Made by a program: the position numbers and the translations under genes. This document shows, in pieces, positions 26,051-40,788 of a DNA stretch of 64,000 nt. Below the pieces are notes generated by a model. The model made no database searches and was not told the DNA's origin. It saw only the letters and a list, made by a program, of their open reading frames with translations. Location: NCBI RefSeq assembly GCF_006345805.1, contig NC_043000.1, positions 143,034,001 to 143,098,000 of the forward strand. Direction: 5' to 3'. This DNA comes from Octopus sinensis (Eukaryota). Each line of letters starts with the position of its first letter. Within the stretch, counting starts at the first letter, position 1.

Positions 26051-26439
26051 TGCAGGATTGGCTGTGTGGTAAGTAGCTTGCTTACCAGCCACATGGTTCT
26101 GGGTTCAGTCCCACTGCATGGCACCTTGGGCAAGTGTCTTCTACTATAGCCTCGGACCGACCAAAGCCTTGTGAGTGGTTTTGGTAGACGGAAACTGAAA
26201 GAAGCCCGTTGTATATATATATATGTGTGTGTGTGTCTGTGTTTGTCCTCCCAACATCACTTGACAACCGATGCTGGTGTGTTTACATCCCCGTAACCTA
26301 ACGGTTCAGCGAAAGAGACCGATAGAATAAGTACTAGGCTTACAAAGAGTAAGTCCTGGGGTAGATTTGCTCGACTAAAAGCGGTGCTCCAGCATGGCCG
26401 TAGTCAAATGACTGAAATAAGTAAAAGAGTAATAGAGTA
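26051..26439 (+). mobile_element. SINE family 1, full length
   Basis: Colinear with 17700-18117. Confidence 0.9.
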
Positions 26440-26978
26440 CCCACATTCCCTAAGTATAAGATAAACAACAGTATGAGAGGCCTGACTAATAACCACTAAC
26501 TTCCAAATAGAAACAGAAAAATATCCTAAATAACAACAACAACAATAACTAAAAAACTGACCAGCTGAAACATACCATCTACGTACATTCTTTTGCTAAC
26601 CCTTAAAAAATTCCATTACAAAAATATTCACGCACCCATTTATTAAGTATTTAGATATTAAATTAAACTTTGAACCCTTGGCCTTTACATTTTCAAAGCA
26701 AAGAACTAAATCCAGTGAAACCACAAATATCTAAAACTATTGGCACATTCTATATCTCCCTCCTAAAAGGAACATACCTAAATTTCAATATACATGAATA
26801 AATTCTAAGCAATAACATAATCCAAGATTTAATAAAAAAAAATTTCTCCAAAACACCTTTCCATAACAACCCAACCTAAAACCCTAAAATGCTAATTATC
26901 ACTCCACTCAAGCCTGCATACCCAAGGGAGCTTTTGAATGAACAAAGACTATATAAAGCCAAGATTAACTTCAATGAA

Positions 26979-27211
26979 GGCAGCGAGTTGGCAGAAACGT
27001 TAGCAAGCTGGGCGAAATGCTTAGCAATATTTCGTCTGTCTTTATGTTCTGAGTTCAAATTCCGCCGAAGTCGACTTTGCCTTTCATCCTTTCGGGGTCG
27101 ATTAAATAAATACCAGTTATGCACTGGGGTCGATATAATCGACTTAATCCGCTTGTCTGCCCTTGTTTGTCCCCTCTGTGTGCAGCCCCTTGTGGGCATT
27201 AAAGAAATAAG
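26979..27211 (+). mobile_element. tRNA-derived SINE family 2 (Nin/Deu-domain-like core), full-length monomer
   Basis: GGCAGCGAGTTGGCAGAAACG (A box), GAGTTCAAATTCC (B box), core GCCTTTCATCCTTTCGGGGTCGAT...AAATACCAG resembling the DeuSINE/Nin domain, AAAGAAATAAG tail. Confidence 0.85.
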
Positions 27212-27432
27212 ATTGACTTCAATGTATTGCTGTCTGATGTTGGCTTAACTGTTTTGATGATTCATCTAGTTAAGCCAACCTTTGAAGTCACTTTGTTATA
27301 TATATATATAATATTTTTGTATAAGAATAAAAAATATTTGCACTACAAAAGTATAGGGTAACCCATCAGATTAATGTAAAAATCTTTTTACTGCAGCTAA
27401 ACATAAAAGCAAAGATAACACATGAACTCTCT

Positions 27433-27465
<33 letters not shown>

Positions 27466-27784
27466 CGATTGTTTAACCCTCAATTCTACCTTGATTGAAG
27501 CAGCTTTTGATAGAAGAATTCCAGCTTTGAACATCCTGTCCCTGAATATCTAGAACTGTCTTGTCCAATTCATCCTTACTTTATAAACAGGTGAAATACT
27601 ACTAGAGTGAAATTTGGCTGCTATGTCTAACAAGTTGATTGACCATATATATATAAAAGTTCTTACATCAGTTTGATATGTGAAAGCATATCGAATGTCA
27701 TCAACTCATTTCCATGAAACTTCTGAGTGACAGAATGAATCTAACTTTGAATAAACTAGTAAATATATTGCATACATACACACA

Positions 27785-27817
<33 letters not shown>

Positions 27818-28517
27818 TCATACATGTATATATTTACTATTTTATTCAAAGTTACATAATACCACATCTTTTCAATATGTCTCTCCCTCAGTTTCACTAT
27901 TGTGTACATTCTAAGATTATGCTTAAACAAAAAATGTATTTATGAATAGACTTCCTTTCTCTCTCATGCACACATACATATATACAACTATACGATCACC
28001 TGATCAAAGTTACATTTACAAATAATGTTACATATGTGTGGTTGCTTTTGTTTGGACAAATATTCAAGAGTAAACTATGAGGCTATAATGCAATCTAGAA
28101 TAGAATATATCCAAACTTCTGGCTACCTTCTATTTCCAAATATTTCCAAATATTCAGCAGACTAAGTAAACTTTTTTCTTGTTTAGCTGCATGACAAAGT
28201 ATGTACGTCCGTATATGTATGCATGCCTGTATGTACATGTGTGTATATATGTATATATATATGCTTATATATATATCTATTTATATATATATATATATTT
28301 ATACGAAAAAAAAAAAAAAATATATATATATTATATATATATATATATATTATATATACATATATATATATATATATTATATATATATATATAATATATA
28401 TATATATATAATATATATATATATATATACATATATGTATATATATGTATATATGCATATATATACATACATGCATTTATATATATACACACACACACAT
28501 ATGTATATATGCATACA

Positions 28518-28555
<38 letters not shown>

Positions 28556-29046
28556 CACACACACAAAGCTCTGCCAGTGTGAAATGTTTTGTATTGAAAT
28601 CTGAAAGAATATATTTTTAAATAACAAGAATACCATGCCATGTGTTTGCAGACAATATTTATAGTAATGTAATGAAAAGAGGGGAATAAAAAAAACGAGA
28701 TTTTTTCTTCTTTTTTTTTTTCAGTTGGTGGGATTCCTGTTACATAATCTATGTTTATTTTTTATTTTTATATGCATATTGTAATTCTCTATTCTATTTT
28801 TTTTTCTTCTTTTAATTTGTGCAGAATATAGTTTGTAACAAATAGATATATTTTATTATTGAGGAAGCAGCAATACCTATATAAAAGTTAGAAAAATAAC
28901 TAAATAAGCCAGTAAAGCAATAACTAAATATTGCCGTAATGTGGTTAAGAGTTTAACATATTTGGCTTATGATGTTTTAAATCTATGTTCAAATGCACCA
29001 CCAGGCATAGATTTATGACCTCTTGCACAACCTAAATGACCTCACT

Positions 29047-29667
29047 TTTACTCTTTTACTCTTTTACTTGTTTCAGTCATTTTACTGCAGCCATGCTGGA
29101 GCACCGCCTTTAGTCGAGCAAATCGACCCAGGGACTTATTCTTTGTAAGCCCAGTACTTATTCTATTGGTCTCTTTTGCCAAACCGCTAAGTGACGGGGA
29201 CGTAAACACACCAGCATCGGTTGTCAAGCAATGCTAGGGGGACAAACACAGACACACAAACACACACACATATAAATATATATACATATATATCTTCAGG
29301 TTAATATAAGCTTTTGTAGCATCTTTCCTATTGGTTTTTTGATGGTAACTGGATTTATATACTCTTTTTCTCTTTATTCTTTTACTTGTTTCAGTCATTT
29401 GACGGGGATGTAAACACACCAGCATCGGTTGTCAAACAATGCTAGGGGGACAAACACAGACACACAAACATATACACACACACTTATATATATATACATA
29501 TATACGACAGGCTTCTTTCAGTTTCCGTCTACCAAATCCACTGACAAGGCATTGGTTGGCCCGGGGCTATAGCAGAAGACACTTGCCCAAGATTCCACGC
29601 AGTGGGACTGAACCCGGAACCATGTTGTTGGTTAGCAAGCTACTTACCACACAGCCACTGCTGCACC
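29047..29667 (-). mobile_element. Two adjacent SINE family 1 copies (3' half at 29047-29280; internally deleted copy at 29361-29667)
   Basis: Reverse-complement matches. Confidence 0.85.
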
Positions 29668-29709
29668 TAATTTTAATATTATTATTAATATTTTTATTAT
29701 TTTTATTAA

Positions 29710-29772
<63 letters not shown>

Positions 29773-30250
29773 TTAAATTTTCTATCATTTATACATTTCT
29801 TAATAGGTTCACTAATTGGGGCATTTTTCTAAAAAGGAAACATTGAATTACTTCTCTGAATTTCAGTTTAGTAGGATATGTAACAGGATATTACTATATT
29901 CTGCCTATATAATGGAAAAAATATGTTTTTTATTAATGGGTCTAATGGGTATTTTGTAGTCCAAGGAAGATGCTTTTGCAATTTCTTGCTGAACAAACCT
30001 GCACAAATGATTTGCTTATGGTGATCAAATGCTTGTGCTATACATCAGCTCAATTTCTCTATCAAATCAACATTGCCTTAACAAGTTCACAGCATACTTC
30101 ACATTAGGTGTCAAAGTAATTGAAGAGCAACATGAGAGGAAGAATACAATACATCACAGAGCAATATCAGATAAGAACACAATCCATCACCCAGTCCAAA
30201 AACTGAAACCACAATTTTTGTGAAAGCAACACCCTGACCACTAGACCATA

Positions 30251-30649
30251 TCTTTATATATAAAAGTCAAGTTGTGTGTCTGTCTCCTACGATTTAGATT
30301 CCTAACTACTCCCACATTTTGCAGTGCAGCTTAACCAAAACCGGGTATCTCATAGTCGTGATTCATATCGAGCCCTTCTAGGTATTAGCGCGTGTCTACG
30401 ATGAGTCTACGATTTAAAAAAAAATTTACCATCATTTTTTTCCATTTTAATGCATTTTTTTCGCTATTATATAAGGGAACTAACTCTCTAAAAATTTCTA
30501 CGATGAGTCAACGATTTAAAAAAAAATTTACCATCATTTTTTTTCTATTTTTAATGCATTTTTTTGCTATTTTTTTGCTATAACTCTCTAAAAATGCTTA
30601 TATAGTTATTTCCCTTACAAACCCGAGCAACGCCGGGCGATACTGCTAG
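30251..30649 (+). mobile_element. Non-autonomous Helitron
   Basis: Inserted between A (30250) and T (30650); 5' end TCTTTATATATAAAAG; 3' hairpin CCCGAGCAACGCCGGG followed by a terminal CTAG; no TSD; internal ~100-bp duplication. Confidence 0.85.
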
Positions 30650-30670
30650 TATTTTCATAAAGGTCAAATT

Positions 30671-31052
30671 CGATGACTGGCATCCATGCTAGTGGGCTGC
30701 TAAAGAGCACCATCCGAGCATGATCGTTGCCAGAGTGGCTAACTGGCCTCCATGCCAGTGGCACGTAAAAGGCACCATTCGAGTGTGATCGTTACCAGCA
30801 TCGCCTTACTGCTGGTGGCATGTGTAAAAAAGATTCGAGCAAGGTCGTTGCCAGTACCGCCTGACTGGCCCCTATGCTGGTGGCATGTAAAAGCATCCAC
30901 TACACTCTCAGAGTGGATGGCGTTAGGAAGGGCGTCCAGCTGTAGAAACTCTGCCAGATCAAGACTGAAGCCTGGTGCAGCCATCTGGTTCGCCAGCCCT
31001 CAGTCAAATCGTCCAACCCATGCTAGCATGGAAAGCAGACGTTAAACGATGG

Positions 31053-31093
<41 letters not shown>
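30671..31093 (+). mobile_element. Family 3 element with internal tandem units and (GAT)n tail
   Basis: Reverse complement of 23968-24456. Confidence 0.8.
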
Positions 31094-31095
<2 letters not shown>

Positions 31096-31738
31096 AACAA
31101 AAATAATGTCTTACTGATCTTTTGGTGTAGGTGTGTGCTGAAATTTGCTAGTGCGAAAATTTCCTTTTTCTTTATAAAGTATGTGCATATCCATTCCAAT
31201 ATCCATCTTTCAGATGTCGTATTGATAATTTTATCTTGAAAAAACTTGTGTGCAAACATTTTTTTTCATATTGTGGAGCTAGTTGTAAAAAATACATGTG
31301 TGCGCGCGTGTATATGTGCATGCGTGCATGCATGCACAGTTGCACATCTTGGAGTAAATAACGATCAGAAAATATAATTTTCAGCTATTGATATATTGAA
31401 TTTAAGCACTTTAAAATCCATCCCTCTTTTCATTTTATTCAAATGCATCATACATAACATATCAGTTTTTAAAGAGGATGAATGAAGAGAAAATTGTCTG
31501 AGTTTGTTTCAATAATTTACAGACTGAGAGCCCAATCTTTTGAAAGACATTATATGCTGAACAATAATGTATGATGAATTGCATCAACCCAAAGTGAACT
31601 TTGTGACACATCACTTGAGATGCTGAAGGAATCTGGGAACATATCACTAGTAACTAGATGTGATCTCACATTTAGAGAAGAATGGTAATGTTTCAAAGTT
31701 GAATCCACAGAAATTCTAAAAAATATCTAATCAAACAG

Positions 31739-32143
31739 GGCGCAGGAGTGGCTGTGCGGTAAGTAGCTTGCTAACCTACCTCATGGTTCCGGGTTCAGTC
31801 CCACTGCGTGGCATCTTGGGCAAGTGTCTTTTGCTATAGCCCTGGGCCGACCAATGCCTTGTGAGTGGATTTGGTAGACGGAAACTGAAAGAAGCCTGTC
31901 GTATATATGTATATATATGTATGTGTGTGTGTTTGTGTGTCTGTGTTTGTTCCCCTAGCATTGCTTGACAACCGATGGTGGTGTGTTTACGTCCCCGTCA
32001 CTTAGCAGTTCGGCAAAAGAAACTGATAGAATAAGTACTGGGCTTACAAAGAATAAGTCCCGGGGTCGATTTGCTCGACTAAAGGCGGTGCTCCAGCATG
32101 GCCGCAGTCAAATGACTGAAACAAGTAAAAGAGTAAAAGAGTA
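31739..32143 (+). mobile_element. SINE family 1, full length, young-looking
   Basis: GGCGCAGGAGTGGCTGTGCGGTAAGTAGC...GTAAAAGAGTAAAAGAGTA; CpGs retained. Confidence 0.9.
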
Positions 32144-32544
32144 AACAAGTCTGTGTTTGCTGTGTTATCACTTGTATCTACTAGAAGCAGCAGCTAAATT
32201 TTGATCACATCTCATCATACTGACTTATAAAAAGTGCAGTTCTAAATCTATAGAGATAAGATAATTATGTTTAGAATGTCAGAATGTCTTTAATCTTGGG
32301 TATGGTTATCCAGAGTTGATTTAGGACTTTTCCTGAAGAATATCCAATAAATATCAAAATTAACATTATCAAAAATAGCTGCAAGATTAGTCTATTAGAT
32401 TGATAGTTCTGCATCTGTTGTTGATGGAAACAATTTAGCCATTTAGAATATGAGAAATAAAATTCCACGTCTGTGATACTAAACAAATTTTATAAACTGA
32501 ATTAGCTTTTTTCAAAATTTACTGGTTTTATAACTTAAGAAGTG

Positions 32545-32581
<37 letters not shown>

Positions 32582-32717
32582 ACATATACAAAATTTAGAG
32601 GATTGACCACAAAAAGTGGACAGCCTGTATGCTAGATATAAATGCCAAAATCGCCATTTTCCACGAAGAATGTGTTATCACTGGTTTTAATTGATTAATA
32701 TCAATTTCTACCCTTAT

Positions 32718-32780
<63 letters not shown>

Positions 32781-33779
32781 TCATCATCATCATCATCATC
32801 GCTGAGAAAGGGATCTTTGCTAGGGTCTGTATTTACAAGACAAGGCCATACTGAAGCCTTTTTGACATTGTTAACACATTAAGACGATCAGGAAGTTTTA
32901 ATATAAGTTTAGCAAGAAAAAGTAGTGGGCAGAGTTGGGGAAGCCAACTTCACAGTTTCAAAGATCAAAAATAAAATAAAAGAGACACTGTTATCATTTC
33001 CATCTTTTTAATCTATTATGTTGTAATTTCTAACTTATATTCATGAACATTAATCATGGAACAAGTCATCCTGTAGTCTTTGTTACAGTTTGGCTATACA
33101 TGGCTTATTTTTATCAGGCTGTTAAATACTTTACTTCATTCTTCAGAGCATCTTTGCAGTTTAATTTTCAGAGACCAACAGATTTCGTTTCTTTCACCAT
33201 TCATCTTTTCCTCAATCAGTCTGGTTCTCTTTTGCAAAAATCTCTATCCATTTCCTATACTTAGCATAATATCTTCTACATCTCTTTCAATATATCAGTA
33301 TTCTTTATTGATCACTTTCTTTAATGTAATTCTAACCAGTTCACACCTAGTCATTGGCATATTACATGCTGCTTCAACTTTTATTTAATTCAATATATTT
33401 TACACACTTCTGACAGTTTTGCCTCTATTTCTTCTTATTATGTATAAGTTTTTATCACTTGCTTGTCTGCTAAGCAGGAAATTGTATCTGTGCATTGTCT
33501 TCATATTTCTAACATCTCTAGATTGACTTTACTGAATTGTAAGACATTTGTTAATACTTTACCACAAGATTCATTCTGTAATTTATGAGACATCAATAAG
33601 AAAATTTGATACTGCTTCTTTGAGCTAAACAAACAGTAATCTCCAAACCAAAACAATTTTACAAGCAATGAAGTAAAAATAAAACTAATGTAGCACTAAT
33701 GCCAAGAGAAGGAGATTTGGCCAGAGGGCTTTGAAGAGCAGATGGATTGCCACAGGAGAGAAATTAACAATAATAGGAT

Positions 33780-34090
33780 ATAAAGACCGAAGTTAATATG
33801 GTGTATGAAAAACATGAAAGCACTTGGAAATGAGTAAGCACTAAATTTCTGGCTAAAATATATGGGGAATATCTACAAAGTACCTGCTAGAACATTTAAT
33901 AATTTACTGAAAAAGTGTGAAACAGCATAAGAATTGAATAGTTGAATGGTTTACTAAGGGGTAACATCATTTTAATCCATCTCTTAAACTGAGGAAAGTC
34001 AACCTTTACTCCCACAAGAAAATAACTACAAGATACATAAACTGTCCATTTATTATAAGCAAAGTCTTAACAGCTTAACAGCTAGATTAC
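33780..34090 (+). mobile_element. Highly decayed RT N-terminal fragment, probably an RLE-clade LINE
   Basis: Broken similarity to the W.TKG.T.L.PK......NYRPITCL....K.LT motif. Confidence 0.4.
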
Positions 34091-34584
34091 AATTACAATA
34101 AAAAATAATATATATATATATATATATATATAAACCCACTTACCATCAAAAACCAATAGGAAAGGTGCTACAAAAGCTTATATTAACTTTAAGATGGGTT
34201 AATGATAAACACAGTTAAAAATGAAAGCTGAAGGAAGAAAATGAAGTGCATGACCATGGTTTTGATTGATTCTCAAGAAAGGCTTTTAACCATTCTTTTG
34301 ATTGGAATTTTGGCTTTTGACTGGTGCATTGAAATATAAACTATCAGTAAATTAGCACAAAATGCAAGCAAAAGCAAAAGTTTAGTTGGGAATATTCCCC
34401 AAAAGGCACATAAAGAGTAATACTCATACTGAGTTAAATTCCCCGAAATAATGTAATAAAGATCAATTCTTTAGAGGATTAAGTTATAACCAGAAGTCTT
34501 TTTTTGCAATTGAAAGATTAGCAGGGGCAGGAAAGGATTATTTTAGAAGACATTACTCACAACTGACTCAGAAACATTCTGTTA

Positions 34585-34970
34585 CTCTTTTACTCTTTTA
34601 CACGTCAAACAAATCAACTCCAGGACTTATTCTTAGTAAGCCTAGTACTTATTATATCGATCTCTTTTGCAAATCGCTAAGTTTTGAGGACATAAACACA
34701 CCAACATCAGTTATCAAGTGATAGCGGGGGGACAAACACAGACACAAAGACACACACACACACTCACACATACACACGCACACACACACACACACACATA
34801 TATACATATATATATATACAACAGTTTTTTTCAGTTTCCATCTGCCAAATCCACTCACAAAGCTTTAGTTGGCCCGAGGCTATAGTAGAAAGCACTTGCC
34901 TCATGTATCATGCAGTGGGACTGAACCCAGAACCATGTGGTTGGGAAGCAAGCTTCTTACCACACAGTCA
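34585..34970 (-). mobile_element. SINE family 1
   Basis: Reverse-complement match. Confidence 0.8.
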
Positions 34971-35324
34971 TATAAATACAATGGGTAGAGAGATTTCTCT
35001 TACAAGATTATTATTATAAAATAGCTATTTTGAAATTAAATTTATCAAGAATAAAAAAAAATTAATATAATAGCCACAGAACATGAACAAATAGCAGGAA
35101 ACAAAATTTCATGTAACAGTACAATGAAAAAATAACAGCAGTCAATTAAGAAAACTAAATTAGAAGTAAGACTAACATTATTTTTCCATGATGTTGATAA
35201 GTAAAACATACACTGAATAAACCATGTAAGAAGCAGAAGTGAACAAAGAAAATTTGTTTGATTCAAATCTAGAATCAATGTATTTTTGATAGATAATATC
35301 TTGATATATAAGCATAAGCATAAG

Positions 35325-35491
35325 GAGAAGGAGTAGCTGTGTGGTAAGTAGCTTGCTTCCCAACCACATGGTTCCGGGTTCAGTCCCACAGCGTGGCACC
35401 TTGGGCAAGTGTCTTCTACTATAGACTCTGGCTGACCAAAGCCTTGTAAGTGGATTTAGTAGAAGGAAATTGAAAGAAGCCTGTATACATG

Positions 35492-35522
<31 letters not shown>

Positions 35523-35759
35523 ATGTGTATGTGTGTGTGTGAGTGTTTGTGTGTCTGTGTTTATTCCTCCAACATCACTTGACAAGCGATGCTTGCATGT
35601 TTACGCCTCCGTAACTTAGCGGCTCGGCAAGAGTGACCGATAGAATAAGTACTAGGCTTCCAAAGAATAAGTTCTGGGGTCGATTTGCTCGACTAAAGGT
35701 GGTGCTCCAGCATGGCCACAGCCAAATGACTGAAACAAGTAAAAGAGAACAAAGAGTAT
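35325..35759 (+). mobile_element. SINE family 1
   Basis: Colinear match. Confidence 0.85.
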
Positions 35760-36059
35760 ATGTTTTTTCTCAAATATAGAATTATATATACTTATCTACA
35801 TGGCTGAAACAGCTGTAAGATGTAATCTATACTTATATTTATATTTACTTATATTTATATTCTGTTTTTTATATATAACAGCAGATATATAACAGCTGTA
35901 GATAACAGCAGTTTATGGGAAGGTTTTGAGGAACCAATTAATTGCACCTGAGTCTTAATGAAGATGGAGTATTTAGCAGTCATAACAGAGTTAAAGATTT
36001 CATGCAGTAAAGGCAATAGTTGTATTGCAGAATTTGTTCAGCAAAGAGGTAGAATACAA

Positions 36060-36410
36060 GTGATCTTATAAAATGACAAGATAACTTTACTTTGGGATAT
36101 ACTGATTCTCACAACATTGTGATTAACACAAATCTTCAGATTTAATTGACAAAGATCATCAAACAGGAATAGAAAAAAAAGAATATCTCCTAACCAAGAA
36201 ATCACTTGTTAAAGAAACAGAAGACGGTATGTATGAAATAGAAATGAAGCAACAATCCAGAAGCAAAGACATAAAATAATGATATTCAGATAGTGGCAGG
36301 GGATTAAAAACAAAAGCAATTCCCATAATAGCAGAGAACTTAGGAATGATTTATGGAGATGATATACAAGCAACTACCAGCACATACATACAATGCACAA
36401 TATTTCATTT
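36060..36410 (+). mobile_element. Highly decayed RLE-domain fragment of a LINE
   Basis: Broken similarity NDKITLLWDILI... and WGLKTKAIPIIAENLGMI to the RLE C-terminus seen at 15690. Confidence 0.45.
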
Positions 36411-36563
36411 CTGAGAATTGCACATATATTACATGGAGGTGACCAGTCTCTATTTTGTAAGGTGGAAGGGCATTGCAAAGATATGGGAAGTAGATCAGGG
36501 GGCTAAAAATATTTTAGTGTTTAGTTCTATCATTGCTCTAGTTATCCATCCATCCATCGATCC

Positions 36564-36564
36564 T

Positions 36565-36636
<72 letters not shown>

Positions 36637-36672
36637 CCTATCTATCTATCTATCTACCTATCTATCTATCTC

Positions 36673-36705
<33 letters not shown>

Positions 36706-36801
36706 TTATTTATCTACCTATCTATCTATCTATCTATCTATCTACCTACCTACCTACCTACCTACCTACCTACCTACCTACCTACCTACCTACCTATCTA
36801 C

Positions 36802-36849
<48 letters not shown>

Positions 36850-36850
36850 A
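36564..36850. repeat. (TCTA)n/(CCTA)n compound tetranucleotide repeat
   Basis: Direct reading. Confidence 0.9.
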
Positions 36851-37160
36851 GATGGATTAAAAATGGTGGATAAAATTTCATTATTTGTCTCTTAAGGCTA
36901 CCATCGGTTTCATGTTAAGAAAAATATCTTAATATCCTAATGATTTTTCAAGCCGATCATATGGAGGAATGGTGTTCATTTCCATTTTGAACACCATTCT
37001 TCCATGTGATCATCTTTAAAAATTGCTAAGATACTGAGATATTTTTCTTAACATGAAACTAATAGTAGCTTTAATACACACACACACACATATATATATA
37101 CATATATATACATATATATATATGTATATATGTATGTATGCATGTATGTATATATATGTG

Positions 37161-37199
<39 letters not shown>

Positions 37200-37235
37200 T
37201 TATATATTTATATATATATATATGTGTGTGTATAT

Positions 37236-37270
<35 letters not shown>

Positions 37271-38139
37271 ATACGCCCCCCACACACACACATGTATATG
37301 TATATTTTACATATGAGTCACAAAAGTGAGAGAGGGTACTGACTAGCACCACTTTTGCTAAAGATAAGGGTTAAAACAACTCAAAAGCCATTGACTGACT
37401 AATTGAGGTAAAGTTCCCAGTGTATATAGATTTTGATTTAGACCATCTTAGTCCTTATGAGTGACTCTTAACTACTGCTGTTAGTGTTATAAGAAAAACT
37501 GTTGAAAACAAGTGCTATTTGCCTTTAGGTTTTAATTGTTGATAAGCCACCCTTTTTTTAATTTGTTGTTTACACTTTTACATGTTTTGAAAATCAACAC
37601 TTGTTTCCAACGTTTTTTTCTTTTTATTATAAGCCTGACAGAGGTACTTGAATTTAAACCTAGATGTTAAAAGTTTACATTAAAATCCAAAATTGCAATA
37701 TGACTATATAATCTGGGGACTTACTGCCCTTTGTCAGTCATTCATGGACAATGAATGTTAAATGATGAGGACATATATATTATATATGCATGTGTGCGTG
37801 CATGCGTGTAAATATATGTCAGTGTAAGTATATTTATATACAACATGCAAACAGATGTGATAAATCCTATATCATTTGTTTACTATTCTTTCTTTTTCCT
37901 TGTCCTTCCCTTTGATGAATGCATAACCCCAAAACATTATATTCATTTTTGGTTCCTTTCCATTAGCATATATATATATTCATTGCATACTTCCTCCATT
38001 GTGGTTTTTTTACTTCATATTTCTACACTTTTTTCAATCATGTGTTTTGCTTTGTCTGAATTCATGCATTATTTATTTCTAACTCCTTGCTTCAGATGCC
38101 AACTCATCTTAATTGTTTGACTTCTACATACATATGTGT

Positions 38140-38715
38140 GTGTATGAAATACACAAGCACATACCTTTTATCTTTTACCTCCTTCACTCCACAGACTGCG
38201 GCCATGCTGGGGCACTGCCTTGAAAAACTATTAGTTGTATGAATCAAACCAAGTGTATTTATTTTTGTTTTTTTAAGCCTCTGGCACATATTCTATTGCT
38301 CTCTTTTTGTTAAACATCTAAGTCACAGGGACATAAACAAACCAAAATCATTTGTCAAGCAGTGGTGGGCACTAACAAAAATACAAAGATAGACACACAC
38401 TCACATACACATATCATCATCATCATCATCGTTTAACGTCTGCTTTCCATGCTAGCATGGGCTGGATGATTTGACTGAGGTCTGGCAAACCAGATGGCTG
38501 CACCAGACTCCAATCTTGATATGGCAGAGTTTCTATAGCTGGATGCCCTTCCTAATGCCAACCACTTTAATTTCCATCTATCAAATCCACTCATGACACT
38601 TTGGTCAGTCTGTGGCTATAGTAGAAGACACTTGTCCAAGGTGCCACACAGTGGGTCAGATCCTGGAACCATGTGGTTGGGAAGCAAGCTTCTTACCATA
38701 CGGCCACACCTTGCA
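38140..38715 (-). mobile_element. SINE family 1 split by a nested family 3 element (38414-38566) inserted at its internal microsatellite
   Basis: 3' half at 38140-38405 and 5' half at 38570-38715 flank a family 3 copy. Confidence 0.7.
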
Positions 38716-39267
38716 CCCTGCACATATGATGTTTGAATTTATAAATAAGAACACAAAATATGAATTTATTCAAAGCTTCCCTCAATTACTACCTTAAGTT
38801 TTGCTTTCCATAGTAAGGTATGTTCATCCAAAGAAGCAAAGCAGTAAATGGAAAGGGAGAAAAGAAACGAAATGATCTTCTTGTTAGGGAAATCAAAATG
38901 TGCAAAAGTGTTGGGACTTCTCGTTATCGTCATAATCATCATCGTTTAACGTCCGCTTTCCATGCCAGCATGGGTTGGACGATTTGACTGAGGACTGGTG
39001 AACCAGATAGCTGCACCAGGATCCAGTCTTGATCTGGCAGAGTTTCTACAGCTGGATGCCCTTCCTAACACCAACCACTCCGTGAGTGTAATGGATGCTT
39101 TTTACGTATACTTTCAAATATAGATATATTGATTGGCTTCTTTCAGTTTCCATCTACTAAATTCATTCACATGGTTTTGATTGGCCTGAGGCTATAGTAG
39201 AAGACACTTGCCCAAGGTACCATGCAGTGACACTGAACCTGGGACCATGTGGTTAGGAAGCAAACTT

Positions 39268-39765
39268 CTTATTTCTTTATTGCCCACAAGGGGACAAACA
39301 TAGAGGGGACAAACAAGGATAGACAAAGGGATTAAGTCGATTATATGGACCCCAGTGCATAACTGGTACTTAATTTATGTACCCCAAAGGGTTGAAAGGC
39401 AAAGTCGACCTCGGAGGAATTTGAACTCAGAACGTAATGGCAGATGAAATACCTATTTCTTTATTACCTACAAGGGGCTAAACATAGAGGGGACAAACAA
39501 GGACAGACATAGGTATTAAGTCAATTACATCGATCCCAGTGCATAACTGGTACTTAATCTATCGACCCCGAAAGGATGAAAGGCAAAGTCGACCTCGGCG
39601 GAATTTGAACTCAGAACGTAATGCCAGATGAAATACGGCTACGCATTTCGCCCAGCGTGCTAAAGTTCCTGCCAGCTTGCTGCCTTCGATTCTGCCAGCT
39701 CGCCGCCTATGAAATACCACTAAGCATTTTGTCCGGAGTGCTAACATTTCTGCCAGCTCACCGAA
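39268..39765 (-). mobile_element. Dimeric family 2 SINE plus extra head fragments
   Basis: Two tandem arms joined at GAAATACC|TATTTC (39453/39454). Confidence 0.85.
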
Positions 39766-40340
39766 GCAAACTCCTTACCACACTGCCATAATATATCTTA
39801 TCTCTTGTAATACGGCAGTATGAGATTTGAGGAAGATATGGCTGTTGTAACTAGCAAGACATGGTAACATTTATAAGCTTTCTCACTGTCTTTTATGGAG
39901 TTGTGTAGCCTGAATAATCTGAGAGAGATTCTATTACTTTAAGCAAAACTCTTTTACCATAATCAAAGACACAGTTATTATAGACTGTTGTTAGTTTCCT
40001 GTTCCATTAAAGTTTTACTTGTTTTTGTTGTGTCTGTCTCTTCAATTCAAAAGTCTCAATGCTATCACTAACACACAAGTTTGTAAAATCACTAAACCTA
40101 GCTACTTCACCAATTAGATAAAGTTAGCATCTCCAAAAACGTCTCTATTTGGATTGGAGTTAATATCTGCTCTGAAATGTCTAATCTGATTTTCCTCAAA
40201 TCTAAAACATTGTACCATTTGTTTATCTTTATGATTTTTAAAATTATCATTGTTATTATTATTATTATTATTATTATATTATTATTATTATTATTATATT
40301 ATTATTATTATTAGTAGTAGTAGTAGTAGTAGTATTATTA

Positions 40341-40390
<50 letters not shown>

Positions 40391-40754
40391 AATAATAATA
40401 ATTTTAATATTAATAATGTTTTGGTGGTAGGAGTGAGTATTCAGGAGAGGGCAATTGCTGCAATTTTAGCAAAAAAAAAAATGATGTGTATTTTGTTTTA
40501 ATTTTTTTCCCTTCCATCCATCATTTGTTCCTTCCTTCCTTCCTTCCTTCCTTCCTTCCTTTATCCTTCCTTCCTTCCATCCTTATTTCCTCCCTCTCCT
40601 TTCCCCTCCCCGTCCTCGTTATCTCTTTTCATTTCTGACAGCCTTACATATATGAAGTAGCTATTGATTTAAAAATTACCTTGTCAAATTCAATCAATGA
40701 ATTTTGGAAAGTAGCTCTCATGGAGAATGGCATAGCTACTTTTAGGACCACACA

Positions 40755-40788
<34 letters not shown>

